Under the pieces are notes generated by a model, which was not told where the DNA came from, searched no databases, and saw only the letters and a list, made by a program, of their open reading frames with translations. From NCBI GenBank assembly GCA_000708835.1, contig DF237461.1, forward strand, positions 2,033-66,032: 64,000 bases of DNA. Reading direction: 5' to 3'. This stretch comes from Klebsormidium nitens (lineage: Eukaryota > Plantae > Klebsormidiophyceae). This document shows, one piece after another, positions 1 to 12,210 of this stretch (the first letter of the stretch is position 1; every line of letters starts with the position of its first letter). The position numbers and the translations under genes are program-made.

Positions 1-271
1 GCAGGATTGCTCGAGCTGAATTTGTATTCAGCTACAAGGTCTGCTTGTCGCTGATTCTTTCCAGTCCTTTGAGCTGCGATCCGATTGTCCGCTCCATGCC
101 TTGGTCACGTGCATCCGAGAAGTCAACGCCTTCTTTTGGCATTCCTGCCAAAACCTTCGAGTGTGACCACTTCGCTGTAAAACGGTTACCAATCTTCTGG
201 GCAAGCAGAAGGGCCCACTCAAAACGACGTGTCAGAAAGTTTTTTTGGTGATCCTCCCTTCCGTTTTGCAG

Positions 272-529
272 GTGTACTATGCTGTTGACGACGTGTGGGT
301 TCAGAAGGGCATGATCCCCACCGCTCGTTTCCGCTGCGGAGCCGCTGATGCGGGAGGTTTAGCATTCGTTTTTGGGGGCGCCGATCTGTGCCCCGATGGT
401 AACCTAGGCTGCCCGGCGCAAACTACCGTAGAGGTCTTCTTGGATGTGGTACACCCCCGCATCTACATGTACCTGAAGGATCAACCGGAAGAGTCGGTAG
501 ACATCCCTGCAGGCACGAACCAAATCTAG
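272..529 (+). CDS. Last exon of a Kelch-repeat protein (gene begins upstream of the window)
   Basis: Acceptor ccgttttgcag at 270-271, then VYYAVDDVWVQKGMIPTARFRCGAADAGGLAFVFGG..., a Kelch-type W-x5-P-x2-R...VFGG pattern; TAG at 527-529. Confidence 0.6.
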   Translation: MYYAVDDVWVQKGMIPTARFRCGAADAGGLAFVFGGADLCPDGNLGCPAQTTVEVFLDVVHPRIYMYLKDQPEESVDIPAGTNQI

Positions 530-1866
530 GGGCCTGCCTAGCCGGGCCCCGGGGTCTCTGTGAGACCCCTTTTGTTGTTTCTTTGCATGATTGATTAGAT
601 AGACTGAGTATAGTTGCACGTCTCGTTTGGCATCCGCTGGTAGGAGGCCCTCGCGCGCTTTCGACGTAGGCCCACGAAGCTTGTATATTCTTTGCACATA
701 GAATGCAAGCTAGCATAACCGGCAACAATCTGTCAGGATCTGATTGAGCTTGAGGCTGTAGTGCTGATGTCACCAAACCGTCGGTAAAATTCTCTTCAAA
801 GCTGCACCAACCCCTACGACGCACCTTAAATGTGTTTTTCACATCGGTGGCATCCGAAGTGCAGCTAATGACTTGTCACCGAGCTGCTTTGATTGCTATA
901 GAGCATCGATGCTGAAGCATGTTATTACGATCGGACCCTCATCGTGCACCCGGACCCCACCACCAGTGATATCTAATTGAAAATTTTCCAATTAGAATGA
1001 TGGTTAACCATCATTCCGACATGCACGTCAACAGCTGTTTCAGGTTGACTCTCAACCAGTATTGCTGACTAGCCAATCTCTATTCTAAGTGGATCATGCA
1101 CGGCATGTACGGTGAAGGTTATTCCTGCGGCGCTCTCTCATTTCTGGCAGCTTTGCCCGGCACTGCCAACGGGTGCGGCGGCAGCTGAAACATGAAACAG
1201 ATGATCGTTTGCTCTCAAGCTTCAGCTTTCAAAGTTCAGATTTCAGATCCAGTGTCGGCTTGAAGTTACGTGTTTTATAAGGCCGATCTTTATGGACAGC
1301 GCGGAGTTAGCAAGGCCATCATTGCACTGATACCACGCCACGCCGACCTGTGGGCTGTCAGATCTCCGTTTTTACGTTCACCACTGTCACGTGCCATGTG
1401 TGCCTCGATCACTATAGAACGCATTGATCGATCTGGCCTCCTGGGCAATGGCTATAATAAGAAGCCCACGCGCATGTGCCCCCGGCGGCACGCACGTGGG
1501 CGCTGATTGGTGGTTCGCCCAATGATATTAGTGGGGCCAATTCATCGCCAAGATTATACGCGCGACTTGTCAACATGCAAAGCTTCCTTAATTCATGTGG
1601 ATAAGTTCGTGATCCTTCAGGCGCGCATTTCAGCTTGACTACATCGCATCTCAACCACCAGATTGTCTGCCGGGTAGGCCAGCTAGTGAAATCATGCAGG
1701 CCTTCTGTCCGATAACATCTTCTTGATTATGAATCTGGCCTCTTCAAACAACAACCTTTTCTAGGATCGACGTCAGAAACTTTCACCTTATTAGATTCAA
1801 CTCCAACCCAGCACCTAGGGTCTCGCGGCCGCCTGACGACTCAATCTTTCTGAGCATAAGTGTTTA

Positions 1867-3600
1867 TTACAGAAGTGAGAACACAAGTGCCGCCCCAGAC
1901 ACGAGCAGGACAAGCAGCGACACGGCCCCACGAGCAAACGCCCCGCTGGTGTAGGGCGCGCAAAATGTGGTCAAGTTCTGACCGTTGAGCTGCGTCCACG
2001 TGGAACCGTCGGCGGACAGCGTGGCACCCCCCAAGTCGACGGAGCTGAAGTACTTGGAGTAGAACGCAACCCAGCACGCGTCGTAGTTGCTGTAGAGACA
2101 CAAGGGGGGCCGGATCGTTCAAAGAGCGTCAATCTTCGAAGGGTGCGCAAGTAGGTCGCGATCGATGTTCATCGGGATTGGGTTCGAAATCTGACGGTAC
2201 GTGCAACAGTTGATCGAGCCAAGCAAACGCACAGATCACGTACCTTGATTGCTGACAGAAGGGGCCAGGAGCCGGACGACCTATTACGAATGAAAGTGCA
2301 GAAAGCCGTTATCTACAGCATCTCTGAAGTCGCGTTGAGTTTGCTCTAATCGTTCGTCATCTGCTATTGAAGGCCAAGATTATGCCACTGGGATTAAAAG
2401 GAGGAGGCGGCCAAACTTACGAGCGAGCTCTGACGCAGTTCGGTTGGCAGAAGCCGACTGGGTTTGCAGCGGTGGCGGTGACCGTCGCATTTTGGGCGTC
2501 ATAAACGCTGCCGGATGCCGTGACGGCAGCAGGGTCGAGGTACGGACACAACTTGTTCAGCTGCAAGAATAAGCAAGGGAACAAGTGTGGGGCTGGATAA
2601 AAGGCACTTGACACAAGGTAAAAACGATTGTAACCAATGTAGATATCGACTGCAGGGCAGCTTCGAAGGGCAGACGTAGTCACAACCGACTTCAGACGAG
2701 CACGTTAAAGAGCATTTGGTATCCACGAGAAGAAACAAAGTCCTCCTCACAATTGCCACCAAATAGCAGGTTGCAAAACCGCCCCTTGTCTTACACGAAT
2801 GCTAGACTGACATCCTGACGTTTCTGTCATCTTCTGTGAAATTTAGAACAGGCCGTCAAACTTGCTGCACGTCCGCAGGGCTCGCATCTGACAGCCAATC
2901 CGCAGCTGCCGTCGCCTTTGAATATGCTAGCTTGATGCAAGTCTACAAGTCACTCCGTTGCTTTTTTATGGATCCTTACCCCTGTCACACATCCCTGCAT
3001 GTCGTTTCTGTAGGCCAGGGCCAACTGAGCACCAGAAGTGGCATAGTTGAAGTTCTCGCCTGTACGGGGGCAAGGTCGCTTGCCTGAGTCCATGCTGAAA
3101 CCTAATTCTTCAGATGCAAGCTCAAGTGAAGTACTATCCATGAGCTAGCTTGCTCAACATCTCTAAATCCTTAACACCGGAAGACGCAGGTGCTCTTCCT
3201 ACTCATTTTCGGTTGAAGTAGTGTAGAACTTGGAACAAGCTGAAAGTGAGAGAGAACAAATACTACAAGGGTTCTGTGGTGGCATGTATTTTCTGCAATG
3301 CTTGCACCTCCTGGCCTTATCGTCTTGAGAGCACTCCCAATATCGCCTTATGAAGTCAGAATGAATCAAGTCACACCGTGGTGTAAGTCAGTTGCTGCAA
3401 GCTTAGTATCGCTTTCACATTCCGTTGCCCCACTCTATGTCGTGCCTACCTTTGACACAGGTGAAGCTTGTGCCTGCAAGGATGAGTATGACGGCCCAAA
3501 CCCCATACGCATTCAAACTCCGTCTGCATGGCTGAGGCTGAGCAGATCTGCTGCTTGAAGCGGCGGTTCGGAGAGCAGCATTGAGGTCCGCTGGAGCCAT
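1867..3600 (-). CDS. Secreted Cys-rich protein with a probable GPI-anchor/C-terminal hydrophobic signal (paralog A), about 197 aa
   Basis: Exons 3600-3450, 3059-2980, 2560-2421, 2089-1867; all GT-AG and phase-compatible. Signal-like segment AYGVWAVILILAGTSFTCVKG; Cys pattern C-x7-C...C-x3-C-x9-C...C; C-terminus SGAFARGAVSLLVLLVSGAALVFSLL*. Confidence 0.75.
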
Positions 3601-4626
3601 ATCTGCATGGGTTTCACCAGTTCACCAGCTGAGGAGCAGGTCTAGCAGGGCGCACTTCCCTTCTGGCGAAAGGCTCTGTCCAAACACAACTTCACTGCTG
3701 CAAACTTGCAACATTTATGAACAAGAAGTCCGGCGCAGGCGCAATGCAGGCCGTACACAATCTGGCAGACAACGCTCACTCTGCCAAAGGCTGTGATCAG
3801 CGCCACTTTCCAGGTAACTCTTTTCACGTCTAAGTCACATTGTTTTGCTGTATGACTGGGGCATGATGTGGGTCAACTCTGCGGCTCAAGAGACGTGACA
3901 CTGACAATATATATACGCTAAGCTCGCAAATGCAACATGTTTGGCAACAAGTGCTCTATAGGAAGTACCGTACCTACCTGCACAACAGAAAGAGTGCATT
4001 TCTTGAGTACCTACTACTACTTTGGGTACAAATGCATGCAAGACCCATATTATGCTCCATAATTAAATTGAATAAATGGAGGGCATTTCTGCATATCGCA
4101 CGGTTTTGAGATTCTGTCGTGTACTTCGCACCGTCGATAAAAGCTGAAAGCTGCGTCGACGGACGTATTTCTTACAGCACCGTTGGCACCAGTTCCGGTG
4201 CCAGCAGACAGGAAATAACGAAGCCAGTCTACGCGTACGATCCTTACATAGGTCTGGGTTTCGAAGCAAAGAGGAGGTCGAAACACAATCAATTGATACA
4301 GCTTGAAGCCAAAACGGCTGCGCCAGCACTGGATGCTCCGCCTCAGCTGCCAGTTCCGCATGAAGAATATCCAGTGCCACGCATCATTCCGCTATATGAC
4401 AAGGAATCGCCAGGTTACGCAAGCCTGGTTGTGACAAAACCGTTACGCCAGCAACGACGGTGCAACTCGAGGGATGACTCTGACCAATTGAATACGCACA
4501 GCTTCAAAGCCATCAAGTGCGGCATCTGATCACGCCGTCAAAAGAGAAGACATAAGGGCCTTGAACGACAGCACTTGATCAACATTTTCTTGCACGCCAT
4601 TACAATTTGTGGAGCCACAAGCAAAG

Positions 4627-6881
4627 ATGGAGTCTGCAGGGAGAAGATGCAATGCTTCCCATCTTGCCGGCCTTCTTTTGCTTCTGATGGGTTTCCTCCA
4701 GGTCTGCAGAGTCCAGGGTGAGCATTTGGAGACTTCTGGATGTGGCAGCCACTTTTTGAACAAAGCTTCGTTGTCAGGCCAGAGGATGCAAATGAAGAAC
4801 ATTGCTTAGAGAGCTTCATGCAAAGCCTACAAAAAAATGAGGAGAGCCTTTTCAGCATTGCTTTAGTTTGTCGCCTGGTCAACATTCAAAAAGGGCCAAG
4901 TGGTGGTTATAACGGACGGCACTAGCATTCAGCCTCTTGCACTTCTGAAGCAATGCTGCAAAGCATCGGCCTGTGTAGTCCACCCAAGAGTTAATGACAA
5001 GTGACTTTTAGTGAAAGCAAAGCATGGGCGGTCGGCCGAAAGACCTGCTGGAAGGTGTGGTGGATGCTTCTGTTCAATGCTGGGGCTTCGACTTTACAAG
5101 GACTCTTGATGGCATCAGAAGCGTTCCAACCTTAAAGGACTCAAAGACTGACTATAACAACAAGCTTGAGTGGCTTCTGGTGTATAGCAGACCCCCAGTT
5201 GACGTAAAGTATGTCTCCTAGCTTCAAACGAATCGGATACAAGCAGCAATGGCTGTTACCTCAGAATAGCCAGTCCTAAGGAACCTGGTCAATTAGGTTC
5301 TTGTGGCGCTTGATATCCTTCGCTAGTTAGTATGGAATGCCAGCTGAAAAGGGACAAGCAATGGTTGAATCACCAGGTTTAAACGCCTGAAGTAATGCTG
5401 AGCGCAGGAATAGAGCACGCTTTGCTCTCTTCGTACAGGTCAAGTGAACGCCACGCAAGCTGAGTACCTCGACCCTGACGCGCTGACTGCAATCAATGCT
5501 TGCTTCAATCGAGTGAGTATTTTGATTCGTCAAGGGAGTGAAAGCTTCTGCTCTCACACCGCTTTCCCCTCTTGAACAGTACGTTGCGGATCAAGTTAGG
5601 GGCAGGAAAGACAGGGCCTTTGAGCTGCTTCTCCTAGATTGCATATGCAACTCGTAATCTGGACGGGCTCTCATTTTCACATTTGGTCCGTTGCTGCAGT
5701 TGAATGGAAAGTGCCCCGACTCGCCGGCCAAGATGGCAGGGGGCAACCCCTTCTTCAACGTCACGAGCGGAACCATGAGCTACCTCATGAAGCAGTACTG
5801 CTGGGCCAACTGCGTGTCGGCACGGAACTCAATGGCGGTGAGCTCCGCCTTTCGACCCCTGCTTTTACCTCTCAAAACCCAACGCAACGATCGGGTGAGA
5901 ATCCTGAGATGCATGGCGGACACGTCCAAGACCTGTCAACATCGCGATGCCGAGGGTTGCAGGCTACTTGCTTGACTGAGCAGAATTTGAACATCGATTT
6001 TCAACTGTAGGCCTGTGCGTAGAATTTGAACAGCGATTTTCAACAAGAGGCCTGTGCGTCTGCTTGCCACGGTTCGCCTGTTGTTCGTCGAGGCTGAGAT
6101 TTGCTTAGCAAGCCTCTCGAACGTAAAGCCGAGAGTAACTTCCTCCTGACATGCTGAGAACTGAATCGCGGTGTAACCGCTTCCGCTGTGTCGTTGTCGA
6201 ACTGACTACGTACGTATCAACCGCTTCAAAAGACGCGCAGGCAGCTCTCACCAGACTTCAGCTGTCGGCTCACATTATTATATCGCTCGGAAGTGAAGTG
6301 AGCGGTAGATCCTCAAGACAAGAACTTCGAAAGAAGCTTTTCCCGCATTCGAGCTCAGGCTGGCACTCGTCTCACCAAGCGTTTCTAACGTGCAAGAGGT
6401 AGTCTGAAGGACGACCCATGAAAAGGAAAAGCGGAGGCCGAAACGGGAATCACTCTCACCTCCCGTTCCTACATGGACGACAAGAATCTCCAAGGTCAAA
6501 TAGTCCAACGCATAAGCGCAGAGTAACGCTCCCATCTCGTATCCCCCGCAGGCGTGCGCGGACAACGTCATCTCCCAGTACGACCTGAACGCCACCATGG
6601 CGCCGCTCTACTACCCGCCCGCCGAAGCCGCGGCCGCCATCGCGACCGCCAACATCGTCGTCACCATGCGCTCGCTGGCAGGGAGCGACACCATCACCAC
6701 GAGCGCGGCCGCGGTGGCGGCGTCGAACGCGGACCTGGCGGAGCAGATCCTGAACTGGTGCGAGGTCAACGACCCGAATCTGAAAGTCGTGATGTACTCG
6801 GGCGCGAGCAGGAGAGGCGTGCTTACGGCGTTGGGGCTGCTGGCGGGCTTGATGAGTGCGGTTGCCGCGATTGGGCTGTGA
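4627..6881 (+). CDS. Secreted Cys-rich protein with a probable GPI-anchor signal (paralog B), about 210 aa
   Basis: Exons 4627-4717, 5439-5512, 5700-5837, 6552-6881; GT-AG and phase-compatible. Signal peptide HLAGLLLLLMGFLQVCRVQG; ACFNR|LNGKCP...YCWANCVSARNSMA|AC; C-terminus SGASRRGVLTALGLLAGLMSAVAAIGL*. Confidence 0.8.
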
Positions 6882-8425
6882 GAAATGTTTCGTGCGAGCG
6901 CTAGCTTGCAAGGGCCGGCGTGTCATGGAGACGAGGGCAGAGGTGGGATGCGCAAGCAGACGATGGTACGTTCGCGGGAAGGTCTCTTGATTGACCGGCT
7001 GTGCAGAGTGTAGAGAAGAATAGACAGGTACAGAAAACCGAAAGCTGCGATAGGAGGATGCTTATACTAAATTACGCTTTTCGCGATCACTGATCTTAGG
7101 ACTGATTGACTGCTTAGGTGGGTTGATATAATTAGGAAAACAAGACCGCGTAATCCTGATCCCGGGCCCGGCCGGGGAAGACCGAAAGGGTGAAGCCGAC
7201 ATATTGCAAGGAAAGATCAAAGGCGGGTTTGTCACGCATGCGATATAAAGAATGCAGGCAATACTGGTAGCAACGGTCCAAAGCTTAATAGCGGCGGCGG
7301 CCGCCCTCGACATCCCATGATGTGTACAATTGTTCGCTTTCAGCTGGTCAGTTGATTGTGCCTTTGGCAGGCAGCCGGATCATCAATGCACTCGCCGTAT
7401 ACGTACGGACGATTCTCTGGCTAGCAAAGGCCGTACAATGGAAGTACTCACGGACATCGTGAGATCTGTTTGCTGAATGCTGAGGCCGTCTGTAACGCAG
7501 ACTGCTTTTGGTTGTGAGGAGCATCGAGTAGCTGGTAATCATGCAGGCAATATAGAAAAGGACGGCCGATCCACGATTGCGCCCGCACGTGCGATTGGTA
7601 GCTGCATGTATATGTACGTGCTATAGGCCCCTAGCACTTAATTTGGCTAGCTAACGATCAAGCTTCTAATTTGCATATCAGTGCCATGGAATTCATTGAA
7701 CCTACGCGGTGCAAGTATCAGGGCGCAAGCGACATGCATATTCATGACGGCTTTCAGCTCCGATCGAATATGCAATTGTTGTGTACCACCGTTGAAGAAC
7801 AATCACCTGCGGAGGGCGATACACAGATACTTGGATCGTAGCAAGCTAGCTGAAGAATGCGGGCCCTAGCTCTTAAAGGTAATCAGCTTTCGAGGCCGGC
7901 CGTGCTGCCTAGAGGCCGCCACCCTAGCTGGCTCGATCATGCATCCACGTACGATTAAAGATTGGACTGGCCGCGATCGAAATTACCCTTGGACGTGGTA
8001 ACTTCGTGTGCCGATGCATTCCCAAGAAAATCACTGGGAGAACGACGGTAGGTTCTGATCCGCGTTCGCAAGTACCGTGCGTCGATCGTACATGCAACCA
8101 GTGCGTTTTGCATGCCTGTTGGAGATTGTGACTGTGTTGCCCAGACTTGGCTGATCCTGGTCGCCGAGTCACTAAGTTACAGTCAGACAGTATACAAACA
8201 ATGTCTCGTGTGTGGATAACCTCCGTGGCAGGCATTGCAGCTGAGACGGTTCGTCGATGAATCTCCCCCTGAATCGAAAACGTGTTCGGCCCGATAGAGT
8301 TGGCGGCACACGTACTCCTCATGTTTCTCAAGCGAAAACTTTAGAGCAAGCTCAGCTGATTCACGTTGGATGCCCTTGGGGCCTTGATAAAACACGGGAC
8401 CCGTTGGCTGTCGGGGCCCGGCCTT

Positions 8426-11403
8426 CTAGCCCATTCGTTGCTCCCGAAGCATGACCTGCAGAGACGGTCGTCCAGTTATCATTCTGATGAGCTCAAACCG
8501 TATTCGTCTCAAGCGAACCCGTTTGAGTCACCCCACTAGTGCGCACTATCAACATCTGAGTTTCACGTTGGAGGGTTGTCCAGACAAAGTCACCGTCCCC
8601 AGCCCCTCCCAAATCAGTAATGCTCTGACATTGTAAACCAAACCCAGTAGCTGCAAACGGATCCAGTCTGCGAAGCAAAATCTTCCGTTTCACAAGCCTA
8701 ATAGGAAATGCACATGCCGACGGCCTGCCTTCCTGATTGACAAAGCCTTGATCCTTTGCAAGGACCAAGAAGACACAAGAGCTTCTCGTGGCTGAATCGG
8801 CCTTTTAGACCCGGACTTACAGCTCGTACGTCAGAGGTCCAGGCGACATGTACACCGGGCCCCAATCTTCCTACCGACCTAAGATCAGTGGGAGCGGCTT
8901 TGACTTCGAATGGGTACTGAGGAACCGTTCTCACTTCTGGGCTGAACTTTATTAGGATCGTAGTCCGCGGCCGGAGCTGGCCTTCGATTGGGACGAAGTG
9001 CGCCGTGACTCTGGCAGGAAAACCAGCGCTGTCGAGCACGCCCTGCGAAAGAATGCAGATTCTTCGCCTCGAACATGGAAATTGAGCTACTGAGAAGTCC
9101 TTGTGTCGGAACGTTCAAAAGTTCAGGATTGATTAGGAGGGAGTCCCAACAACTTGCGTACAGTTCCGTCCAAATTGTTTGTGTTCAGAGACACAAAGTG
9201 GTGAATTAAAGTTCTCGGACAAACGGTGGAACACACGCCGGGTCAAGAGAATGACACGAAAGTGTAAGAGTTCCGACTATCTCAAGTAATCAACATCTCG
9301 TTCCTCTTCTGTACGCATCAGGATCCGCATGCATAACGAGAATTGTCCAAGATATGGTACACCTATGCGTTCACACTTCCAAAGAGAGTCTTTGTGTCCT
9401 GGCGAGATTGGTAAGTGGGTCTGCTGAAGGCAAGACGCTAGTGCAACATTGGACACTCTGGGTGACGACTGGGGGGGAACCGGGACGGACGAGGGCTGCT
9501 TTACACCTTCGCAATGAAGCTCCGCTCGCCAAGATGAACTGAAGAAGAAGCTAAGGGCGGATTACCTTTACAATTCCCGCCACGTATGCTCCGCAATTGA
9601 ACTGGCCCATGTCTTTAGGAACAGAGATGAATCTGCATTCAATACAGCTAAGACGTGAGTGGGACAAAGCGGCAGCTAAGAACATACATCCAGAACTTGC
9701 ACAAGCAAAGTCTTACGGGTGCTAAAAGTCCACACAACTTTCTGATCATGCAAGCATCAAGACGGACCACGAAATAGCCTTTCTATTATTCCATCCCACT
9801 GCCTTGACTGCAGCACAAGGAAGCGTTGGACAGGTCGGAGATGGACAAACCCACCTATTTACAAGGAGCTCTTTCTCGCTGATCATGTACTCGTCTTCCT
9901 CAGTTGTCGCTTTCTCGAGAGAGTCCGCTTGCTGTCCATGCAATGAAGGATGGGAGACCACTGTCAAATCTGGAATTGCAGTTGAGTCCTTGAGCAAAAA
10001 GTTTTTCTTCGCCCCCCACTTTCGACTCTGCCTATGTTTCAACGTGTACAAATCTCATCAGATGAGGAAGCATCGTTGTGGACGAGTTGCCCGCCACGTG
10101 GACAGGCAGCCAATCAGTACCGGATGGAAAGATGCTCCATGCCAACAACACGGGAGTAAGGAGGCCAATCAAAAACTTTTATTAACAGTAGTCTCACCTT
10201 TCCGAAGAGAGCCTTCCATACTGTCGAATGGATGAACGTCAAAATTCCGAGTAACCGGGTCTCCCTTCTGTTCGCCTGCAAAATCGGACAGAGTTATTTA
10301 AAACACTAACACTGAATTGCAGCCTTGCACCTGCTGGCGTATTGCATCCAATTGATACTCTCTCATTGAAGCAGTCATACCAGGCCGGCTGCCATCAAAC
10401 ACAACCAATTGAGTACTTTACTGTGTTTGAAAACTGGACAAAACGTTTGATGATGTGCGTCAAGCGCCAATCAAATTCCGAATCTTCCAGCTAGACTGGG
10501 GCGTTCATTCAGATCAGCCTAGTGAACAGAAAGGGAACTGAAGACGCAACGGCATCAAGACCGCCTAAAGAAGGAGCAGGGCCATCTAGGTGTGGCTGAG
10601 AAATTTGTAGGATGCGCTCACCTTTTCCCGATGACACAGGAGCTCCAGCACTCGAAGGCCCACCCCATACCCTGCCTCCTCTAGCTTCCTCTCAAGTTCG
10701 TTGACATTGTTCACCTTGGTTTGGAAGTACTGGACAAGCTCGCTGAAGAGGAATGCGAACGCACTCAGGTTTACCTGCATCAGAACATGCCAGAGCGTTG
10801 ATGGCGGATCATACTGTTTGGTTCTGTCAAGATCGTGAAAATGCTGACTGCCAAAGCGACTGAATTTTTTTAAGTGAAAGTAGACCCCAGCTAAGATCAG
10901 GTCTTTTTCCTAAAGGTTGATTGTAGATTGCTTACGCAGTAGGCAGGGAGGACCTGCGGTGCCAAGTGGCACATTTGATGAATTGATCGTTGAGCTATTG
11001 TTTGACAACTAGTGACCCAATTGCAACTTGGTATGGAAAGTTCCTGAAGACCAGAATACCACCACTGCTGGAGAGAAGTTTCCATTGTGAAGCCATATTC
11101 AACAGGATTGCAAAGAAATTGGGGCTGCACAGGTTTATCCAAAAGTTGTGATGAACTTCAGGTGCATCAAAGAATGCACACAATCTGGAAGCGCTGGTCT
11201 CAGGCAGACAGCAATTTTCGAGCTCAATCAAGGCGCTACTCTTCAGTGGCTCTCCACCCTCTCGGCTTTCTGGAAAAACTCTTTCAATCCAATGATCGGT
11301 TCTTTCCACCTTGCAACGCTGACCCTACCTCTGTCTTGCCCTTTGGCAAAGGCCGGTCCACAACGTTCACCAAATGGGCCCTACCGCGCGCAACTCCCAG
11401 CAT
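8426..11403 (-). CDS. TRAPPC5: Trafficking protein particle complex subunit 5 (Trs31/TRAPPC5)
   Basis: Seven exons giving MLGVARGRAHLVNVVDRPLPKGKTE|VNLSAFAFLFSELVQY...LELLCHREK|ANRRETRLLGILTFIHSTVWKALFGK|QADSLEKATTEEDEYMISEKELLVNR|FISVPKDMGQFNCGAYVAGIVK|GVLDSAGFPARVTAHFVPIEGQLRPRTTILIKFSPE|VMLREQRMG*; matches plant Trs31 along its whole length. Confidence 0.95.
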
Positions 11404-12022
11404 GATGGCAGGCTGCCCCTTTCAGAATCTCCAAGTTGGCTGAACAGCATAATTAATTGCACTTGTGCGCCAATTGCTCCATTCCAAAAACCGCTTGCAC
11501 CAACTCTATGCACGTTGGTGCCCACGGTTGAACCTCCTCGCCTCTCTACCTGTCAAGATGTAGCAGGATTGACCAGGATCAAACTGCTGTCTTGTAGGAT
11601 CAAAGCGCTTTCCTGTAGGATAACTTCAATATTATTAAAGAAGAAGCTCTTTTACTCTAGCCTTTTAAAATAATATTATTAATTTGGCTCTAGCTGTTCA
11701 ATAAACTTGCATTGCAGAGCCGCAACGAGAGCGAGCCAACATGTAGGACATTCTGGGCTGTTCGTTTTGCCGATTTGCAGGCGGTACGGGATAAGGGTGC
11801 CGGTCCTCCGACCGCTTCAGCCCCTCAAGAAAAATCGGGGTCATGGAGACTTCAACCGACCTTAATCTGACCTGATTAGAGCACTCAGGGACCGGCTCCG
11901 GCCACTTCCATCGCCCCGGGCCCGGGCCGATCCCGACTCCGAGCCCGGCCTGCCGGGCCATTGCGGTAACGGTTTGGTTCTATCGGCCGCCACGTGTACT
12001 TGTGCTGGCACAGGCAATTTGC

Positions 12023-12030
12023 AAACCCTA
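12023..12030 (+). promoter_or_regulatory. Telo-box (AAACCCTA) in the TRAPPC5/LepA divergent promoter, with site II-like TGGGCY nearby (11756, 12108)
   Basis: Exact motif 188 nt upstream of the LepA ATG. Telo-box plus site II is an established signature of translation-machinery promoters in land plants; function here is untested. Confidence 0.35.
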
Positions 12031-12210
12031 GATCGGTGCCGCTGTTTCAGTGTTTGCTTCTGTGGCGGCGCCGGTGTGCTTGATTCAGCAATTTCTCTTT
12101 GAACTCCTGGGCCAGCCGCCGATTCTGAGAAGCTATCTCTCTCTCTGCTCATTGAAAGGAGTCACAGAGGGTGTGTTACAAGGAATCCTTTTGCCTGCAT
12201 TGACGACGCC

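Noticed and set aside
2244-2290. Exon-like segment with AG and GT boundaries inside the last intron of paralog A
   Set aside because: Direct joining of 2421 to 2089 already keeps the frame and the C-x9-C spacing shared with paralog B; including this segment breaks the frame.
4119-4529. 136-codon Pro/Tyr-containing ORF between the paralog pair
   Set aside because: GTG start with an in-frame stop just upstream, no recognisable motif and no convincing splice sites; lies in the presumed shared promoter/UTR.
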